From an uncultured Arcobacteraceae bacterium (GTDB lineage Bacteria; Campylobacterota; Campylobacteria; Campylobacterales; Arcobacteraceae): a stretch of DNA of 12,928 bases. Positions 6,121 to 12,928 of the stretch are shown here, piece after piece. The DNA is taken from contig CAXHZO010000030.1 of NCBI GenBank assembly GCA_964022095.1, positions 1 through 12,928 of the forward strand. The letters are read 5' to 3'. How positions within the stretch are numbered: the stretch's first letter is position 1; each line of letters opens with the position of its first letter. Both the position numbers and the translations under genes were made by a program. Below the pieces are notes generated by a model. It worked only from the letters and a program-made list of their open reading frames with translations, searched no databases and had not been told where the DNA came from.

Positions 6121-7395
6121 TTACCAATCTATTGACTGTATTTTTCCACCTCTTAAAGGGAAAAGATGACTAGAATTAAAGTTAAGTCTAATAATACCAA
6201 CTGAACTTACACCTTTGTAATTTTTAATGAATAATAAAGATTGACCATCAGGTGAAAACTTTGGAAATTGATTTATTCCACTTGCTGTAAGTCTAGTTAA
6301 GTCTTGTGATATTGTTGACATTAAATATAAATTAAAAGTTCTACCTCCTAATTCATTATCTTTATCTTTACTACTATAAACAATATTGTTTTCAAATGTA
6401 GTAACAGAAGAGTTATTCTTACTGTGATATACTAATTTTTCTACACCAGTACCATTAATACTTTTTGCAAAAATATTAGGATTGCCAAGTCTATTTGATA
6501 CAAATACTATTCTATTATCATCTTCAATAAATTGTCCACCAACATCTATACCACTATATTTTGTTACTCTTTTTTTATTTTTTGATGCAACATCATATAA
6601 ATAAATATCAGGTTGAGCATTTGGAGCTGCTGTAATTAATAGTTTTGAACCATCATTAGAAACATCACTACAAGCTATCATTCCATCTGATTGCATAATA
6701 ATACTTCTTTTTCTATTGAAAATATTTAGTTTAACTAATGTTGGTTTATCATAATTATATGATGTGTAGTAAATCTCTTTTTTATCATTATTAGCCCATT
6801 TTGGGAATATATTTAAACCACCTGTTACAATAGTCTTTTTATAACTTAGAGTATAATCAGCTATCATAATATTTGCTTGCCCAGGTCCTACATATGAAGA
6901 TAAAACTACAAATTTATCCATCCACTCAATACTTGGCGCTTGGAAAAAATCATTCACTGAAATTGCTGTTCTATGCGCTAAAAATGGATATCTATTAGAT
7001 TGAGATGTTTTGAAATACTTCTCTTGAACCATTGATTTTGCATTTAAATCAAACAGTTTTGTATTTAATGTATACTCTCCACTTGCATCTGTTTTTGCAT
7101 GTAAATTAATATATAAATCAATTCCCTCATTTGAAAGAGTTAATACATCTGGAATATCTTCATAGTTTATTTGAGAATCAACATTTTTTATTACTTCAAA
7201 ATGCCCACTAACAGTTAAATCTTTTTCTAAAATATTTTTAATTTTAGCTAATGTAAGAGTCTCTGCACTATTTGTTGCAACTGATACTACTACTTTTGGT
7301 AATGTATTTGCTTTTTTTACAATTTCTAGTTTTGCATCAACTTCAGCAAATAAAAAACTTGTAAATATACTTATAATTATTAAAAATCTAAACAT
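6121..7395 (-). CDS. tolB: Tol-Pal system beta-propeller protein TolB
   Basis: Signal peptide, DLTVSGHF N-domain motif and PD40-like blades (FPKW, VSNDGSKL, FVSNRLGNPNIF, PKFSPDGQ). Lies between a tolA-like gene and pal. Confidence 0.95.
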   Translation of the reverse strand: MFRFLIIISIFTSFLFAEVDAKLEIVKKANTLPKVVVSVATNSAETLTLAKIKNILEKDLTVSGHFEVIKNVDSQINYEDIPDVLTLSNEGIDLYINLHAKTDASGEYTLNTKLFDLNAKSMVQEKYFKTSQSNRYPFLAHRTAISVNDFFQAPSIEWMDKFVVLSSYVGPGQANIMIADYTLSYKKTIVTGGLNIFPKWANNDKKEIYYTSYNYDKPTLVKLNIFNRKRSIIMQSDGMIACSDVSNDGSKLLITAAPNAQPDIYLYDVASKNKKRVTKYSGIDVGGQFIEDDNRIVFVSNRLGNPNIFAKSINGTGVEKLVYHSKNNSSVTTFENNIVYSSKDKDNELGGRTFNLYLMSTISQDLTRLTASGINQFPKFSPDGQSLLFIKNYKGVSSVGIIRLNFNSSHLFPLRGGKIQSIDW

Positions 7396-7398
7396 TTA

Positions 7399-8130
7399 TT
7401 ATCCTTCTGATTTAAAATCAACATTTATTTTTAAAGTTTTGTTCTTTTTTGGTTTAGGATATATTATACTTTTTTGTTCATCTAAAAAAGCTTTTAAAGA
7501 CTCATCAAAATTTGTATTGTTTGAAGATGATACAATTCTATAATCAAACCTTCCCCTTGAATCAATAATTACTAAAACTACTGATTTCAAGTTTTCTTCT
7601 CTAGTTGTAGGTACAAACTTATCAAGTAATGCTCTAACTTTAGAATAGTACTCATTAGTTTCACCTTTTTTACTAGAACTTTTAGATGTAGTATTTGTAG
7701 TTGTTTTTGTATCTTTTAATAAGCTATCTAATTTTAGGTTTGTTGATTTTTTTTGTTTTTCAAATTTTGCTTTATATCTTTTTGGATCTGAAGATTTTTT
7801 GACATTGTTAACTTCTTTTTTGCTAACTTTTGTCTCTTTAATTTTTACTTTTCCAAATAATGATTTTAAATCTGGTTTCTTTTCGGCAGCTTGAGAAGTC
7901 TCTTTTACAACTTCTTGTTTCTTTTCGACAATTTTATCTACTTTTTTTTGTACTCTTTTTTTATCACTTTTTTCAACTATTACATCTAATTCTAAAACAG
8001 TGGCTTCACTTTTGATTGTGTAAGTTTTTGCTTTTGGACTTGCAACGTAATAAATAAATAAAAAACAAATAAGAATATAAAAAGAAATAGATAGTATTCC
8101 GGAGAATAAAAAAGATGATTTATTTTGCAT
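7399..8130 (-). CDS. tolA: TolA/TonB-family energy transducer (N-terminal TM, Lys-rich linker, TonB C-terminal-like domain)
   Basis: Single N-terminal hydrophobic anchor, K/E-rich stalk and C-terminal VLVIIDSRGRFDYRIVSSSNNTNFD. Syntenic between tolR and tolB. Confidence 0.75.
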   Translation of the reverse strand: MQNKSSFLFSGILSISFYILICFLFIYYVASPKAKTYTIKSEATVLELDVIVEKSDKKRVQKKVDKIVEKKQEVVKETSQAAEKKPDLKSLFGKVKIKETKVSKKEVNNVKKSSDPKRYKAKFEKQKKSTNLKLDSLLKDTKTTTNTTSKSSSKKGETNEYYSKVRALLDKFVPTTREENLKSVVLVIIDSRGRFDYRIVSSSNNTNFDESLKAFLDEQKSIIYPKPKKNKTLKINVDFKSEG

Positions 8131-8133
8131 CCA

Positions 8134-8523
8134 CTATCCATCTGTTACTAATGCAACTTTAAAAAAGCCTGCTTCTTTAACTGATTTTAATACAAACATA
8201 ATATCATCATAACGTAAATCTTTGTCCGCTCTAATATGAATTGGAGTTTTTTGATCTTTTCCTTTTGTAAATAGTAAAAAACTATCTGGAAAATTATCAA
8301 TTTGAACATTTTTTTTATTTATCTTTACAACTCTATCTTTTGTAATAAATATATCAATTTTTTTGAAGTTTTGAACCTGTTGAGATTTACTTCCTTTTGG
8401 AAGATTAATTGGTTCTTCAAATTCAATTACAGGGGCAGTAACCATTAAAATTGCTAGTAGTACTAGCATAATATCAACTAATGGGGTAATGTTTAAATCT
8501 GGTTTTTGATTAAAATCGTACAC
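8134..8523 (-). CDS. tolR: TolR/ExbD-family protein (GTG start)
   Basis: LNITPLVDIMLVLL with the essential Asp, INLP, IRADKDLRY and AGFFKVALVT. Tol-pal context favours TolR over ExbD. Confidence 0.9.
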   Translation of the reverse strand: MYDFNQKPDLNITPLVDIMLVLLAILMVTAPVIEFEEPINLPKGSKSQQVQNFKKIDIFITKDRVVKINKKNVQIDNFPDSFLLFTKGKDQKTPIHIRADKDLRYDDIMFVLKSVKEAGFFKVALVTDG

Positions 8524-8526
8524 AGA

Positions 8527-9087
8527 TTAACCCTTAGCTATTAATATTTCAGATTGAGCCTTCAAATATGTGTTAAGTTCGTATACTTTTCTAGTAATAA
8601 CTTGGTGGAATGTATATGCAAAAATTGCTACAAAGATTCCAGCTGCAGTTGCCACTAAAGCTTCTGAAATAGCAGGTGCTATAACTGAAAAACCAACTTT
8701 ACTATGACTTGAAAATTTAGCAAATGACTCAAGTATTCCAACTACGGTACCAAATAAACCAATAAATGGTGATGTTGAAGAGATAATTGCTAACCATGAA
8801 ATTCCGCTACTTGCATCTTTAATTATACTGATTTCGCATGCATTTAATAACTCTTTTGACTTAATCCCATTTGTACACTTGTTTAGTTGTGATAATGGTG
8901 AAAATGATGAATCTCTTGAAGTTAATGATTCTAAAGATTTTTCTTCATTTTTAAGCATTGAAGCTAGTGCGAAGTATCTATATAAAAAAATCCAGAAAGT
9001 AATAATAAGATAAAGCGACAATAGCGCTAAAACTATGTAAGTTATAGCACTACTGTTACTTAAGTAATTTAGTATTGTGTTTGTCAT
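8527..9087 (-). CDS. tolQ: TolQ/ExbB (MotA-family) proton channel protein
   Basis: TSPFIGLFGTVVGI and APAISEALVATAAGIFVAI motifs; three hydrophobic segments. Confidence 0.9.
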   Translation of the reverse strand: MTNTILNYLSNSSAITYIVLALLSLYLIITFWIFLYRYFALASMLKNEEKSLESLTSRDSSFSPLSQLNKCTNGIKSKELLNACEISIIKDASSGISWLAIISSTSPFIGLFGTVVGILESFAKFSSHSKVGFSVIAPAISEALVATAAGIFVAIFAYTFHQVITRKVYELNTYLKAQSEILIAKG

Positions 9088-9095
9088 AAGCTTTC

Positions 9096-9473
9096 TTACG
9101 CGAATGAATTAATTTTTGCTTCAACTGATGCAACAGAAATGTTAGAATCTTGTACAGATTTAACTAAGTCTTTAGCAGCATCAATATTTTTAGCTATCTC
9201 AGAGTCAGACCCTGATGTTAATGCAATAGCACCATCTGCTAATACATCTACAGTTTTCTCATCTACTTTTACATGTCCCCAATTAATAGCAACAGCTTCA
9301 GTAGAGTTTTTTCCTTCAATTACAATTACACCAACAGTTAACGAAGAAACTAATGATGAGTGTCCTGGTAAAACCCCAAATTCACCCTCTTTTCCAGGTA
9401 AAGTTACAGTTTTCACTTCATCATTAAAAATCTCTCCATTTGGTGTAACAATTGATAATTTAATTGTATCCAT
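9096..9473 (-). CDS. atpC: ATP synthase F1 epsilon subunit
   Basis: IVTPNG and GEFGVLPGH motifs; follows atpD. Confidence 0.97.
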   Translation of the reverse strand: MDTIKLSIVTPNGEIFNDEVKTVTLPGKEGEFGVLPGHSSLVSSLTVGVIVIEGKNSTEAVAINWGHVKVDEKTVDVLADGAIALTSGSDSEIAKNIDAAKDLVKSVQDSNISVASVEAKINSFA

Positions 9474-9492
9474 GTTACGCCTTAATGGTTAA

Positions 9493-10905
<1,413 letters not shown>

Positions 10906-11793
10906 TTATTTTAATGCTTCAACACCACTGATAATTTCTATCAGCTCAGTTGTAATTGCAGCTTGTCTAGCTTTATTGTATTCTACAGTTAATGTATTAA
11001 CTCTATCTTTTGCGTTGTTCGTAGCAGCTTCCATTGCTTGCATTCTTGCAGAATGTTCAGCAGCTAATGAATCAATTAGTGCAAAATACATATTAAAGTC
11101 AATATATTTTTCTGTTAACTCTTCTAATACTTCATTCTCATCATCAAGTGGTTCTATTTCTAACATAGATTCATTATCAGTTGACTCAACAGCAGATAAG
11201 CTAATTGGTAACAATTCTCTTATTCTAATCTCTTGTGTTAACATATTTAAGAATCCATTATGAACTAGAATTACTTTATCAGTTTCACCATCTTGGAAAC
11301 TTTTTACAGCACTGTCAATAAAATCAGCAGCTTTGTCATAATCTGGTGCAGAAGATAAATCACTTACCTTTTGTTCTAACTCTTGACCTTGGAAAGAGAA
11401 GAAGTCAACTCCCTTTCTTCCTGCAGCTCTAAGTCTAACATTAGCACCTTTTGATGTGTACTCTTCAATTAATTTATTAACAGTTTTAATTGTTGCCATA
11501 TTAAAACCACCACAAAGTCCCTTATCTGCAGTAACGAAAACGATATCTACAGTTTTTGGATTATCATTTTGTACAAATGCTCTTCCAATATTTCCTTCGT
11601 CTTGAACTTTGCTAACTTGATGTGCGATATCAGAAAGAACATCATTTATCTTACCTGCATAACTTCTAGCTTGCTCAGACAATTGTCTAGTTCTAGTAAG
11701 TTTTGCAGAAGATACAAGCTTCATAGCTTTAGTTGTCTTCTGAGTGTTTTTTACACTTCCAATTTTTAATTTAATCTCTTTTAAGTTAGCCAT
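10906..11793 (-). CDS. atpG: ATP synthase F1 gamma subunit
   Basis: TKAMKLVS, DKGLCGGFN, EHSARMQAM and NKARQAAITTELIEI. Confidence 0.99.
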   Translation of the reverse strand: MANLKEIKLKIGSVKNTQKTTKAMKLVSSAKLTRTRQLSEQARSYAGKINDVLSDIAHQVSKVQDEGNIGRAFVQNDNPKTVDIVFVTADKGLCGGFNMATIKTVNKLIEEYTSKGANVRLRAAGRKGVDFFSFQGQELEQKVSDLSSAPDYDKAADFIDSAVKSFQDGETDKVILVHNGFLNMLTQEIRIRELLPISLSAVESTDNESMLEIEPLDDENEVLEELTEKYIDFNMYFALIDSLAAEHSARMQAMEAATNNAKDRVNTLTVEYNKARQAAITTELIEIISGVEALK

Positions 11794-11804
11794 GTGAGCA
11801 ATCC

Positions 11805-12928
11805 TTACTTAGCGTTAAAAACTGTTTTAAACTCTTCTAATGCTGCTTTTAACTCAGCTTCAGTCTCATCATCAATTTTTTGTTTTGACTTAATTGCATC
11901 TAAGATGTTTTGATGTTTTTGTTCAAAGTAAGCATGTAACTCACTTTCAAATTTAACTACATCAGAAACAGCTACATCATTTAAGTACCCTTTAGTACCA
12001 GCATAAATAATTACAACTTGCTTTTCGATAACTAATGGTTTGTTTACACCTTGCTTTAATACTTCTACCATTCTTTGACCAAGCTCTAATTCTCTTCTAG
12101 TAGCTTCATCTAAGTCTGATGCGAATTGTGCAAATGCTTCAAGTTCTCTATATTGTGCTAATGATAATTTTAAAGTACCAGCAACTTGCTTAGTAGCTTT
12201 AATTTGTGCAGCACCACCAACTCTTGATACAGATAAACCTACGTTAATCGCTGGTCTAATACCTGAGTTGAAAAGATTAGTTTCTAAGAAAATTTGTCCA
12301 TCTGTAATAGAAATTACATTTGTTGGAACGTAAGCTGCAACATCTCCCGCTTGAGTTTCAATGATTGGTAATGCAGTCATAGAACCAGCACCCTTCTCAT
12401 CTGACATTTTAGCAGCTCTTTCTAATAATCTTGAGTGTAGATAGAATACATCCCCTGGGTAAGCTTCTCTACCTGGAGGTCTTCTTAATAATAAAGACAT
12501 TTCTCTATATGCAACTGCATGTTTTGATAAATCATCATAGATAATTAATGCGTGTTTAGCGTTATCTCTGAAATACTCACCAATTGTAACACCAGTATAT
12601 GGAGCTAAGAATTGTAATGCAGAAGAATCAGAAGCACCAGCGTTAACTACTACTGTATAATCCATTGCGCCTGCGTCTTCTAAAGTTCTAACAACAGAAG
12701 CTACTGAAGATGATTTTTGACCAATTGCAACATAAATACAAATTACATCTTCACCTTTTTGGTTAAGAATTGTATCAATAGCAACTGTAGTTTTACCAGT
12801 TTGTCTATCTCCAATAATAAGCTCTCTTTGCCCTCTTCCGATTGGAACTAGTGCATCAATTGCTTTAATACCTGTTTGTAATGGTTCATGAACTGATTTT
12901 CTAGCCATGATTCCAGGAGCTTTTTCTT
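11805..12928 (-). CDS. atpA: ATP synthase F1 alpha subunit (5' end outside the window)
   Basis: [20 protein letters not shown] and GLSVSRVG. The frame stays open to the right edge ([12 protein letters not shown]), so the ATG at 12908 is internal. Confidence 0.99.
   Translation of the reverse strand, partial: EKAPGIMARKSVHEPLQTGIKAIDALVPIGRGQRELIIGDRQTGKTTVAIDTILNQKGEDVICIYVAIGQKSSSVASVVRTLEDAGAMDYTVVVNAGASDSSALQFLAPYTGVTIGEYFRDNAKHALIIYDDLSKHAVAYREMSLLLRRPPGREAYPGDVFYLHSRLLERAAKMSDEKGAGSMTALPIIETQAGDVAAYVPTNVISITDGQIFLETNLFNSGIRPAINVGLSVSRVGGAAQIKATKQVAGTLKLSLAQYRELEAFAQFASDLDEATRRELELGQRMVEVLKQGVNKPLVIEKQVVIIYAGTKGYLNDVAVSDVVKFESELHAYFEQKHQNILDAIKSKQKIDDETEAELKAALEEFKTVFNAK

Noticed and set aside
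11805..12908. Short (367-aa) AtpA as a truncated gene or pseudogene
   Set aside because: The frame is open to the window edge; the N-terminus lies outside the window.

Overview
AT-rich bacterial DNA, most likely Campylobacterota (Arcobacteraceae-like), judged from gene order and protein style. About 85% of the window (2083-12928) is a housekeeping run on the minus strand: atpA (5'-truncated)-atpG-atpD-atpC-tolQ-tolR-tolA-like-tolB-pal-cpoB-slyD-[hairpin]-fabD-mtnN. The left 2.1 kb looks accessory. It holds an orphan OmpR-family response regulator with a degenerate receiver pocket (+ strand, apparently leaderless). Divergent from it is the 5' end of a large repetitive Ig/cadherin-like surface protein on the minus strand (ATG at 1276, open for 425 codons to the left edge), which the supplied ORF track misses. 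That protein has no Sec signal. It carries an AAAAAGG motif at residues 109-115 resembling a LapG-type cleavage site, one 89-aa tandem-95-like domain and an unusually long 143-aa repeat whose second copy starts inside the window. No RNA genes, CRISPR arrays or mobile elements were seen.
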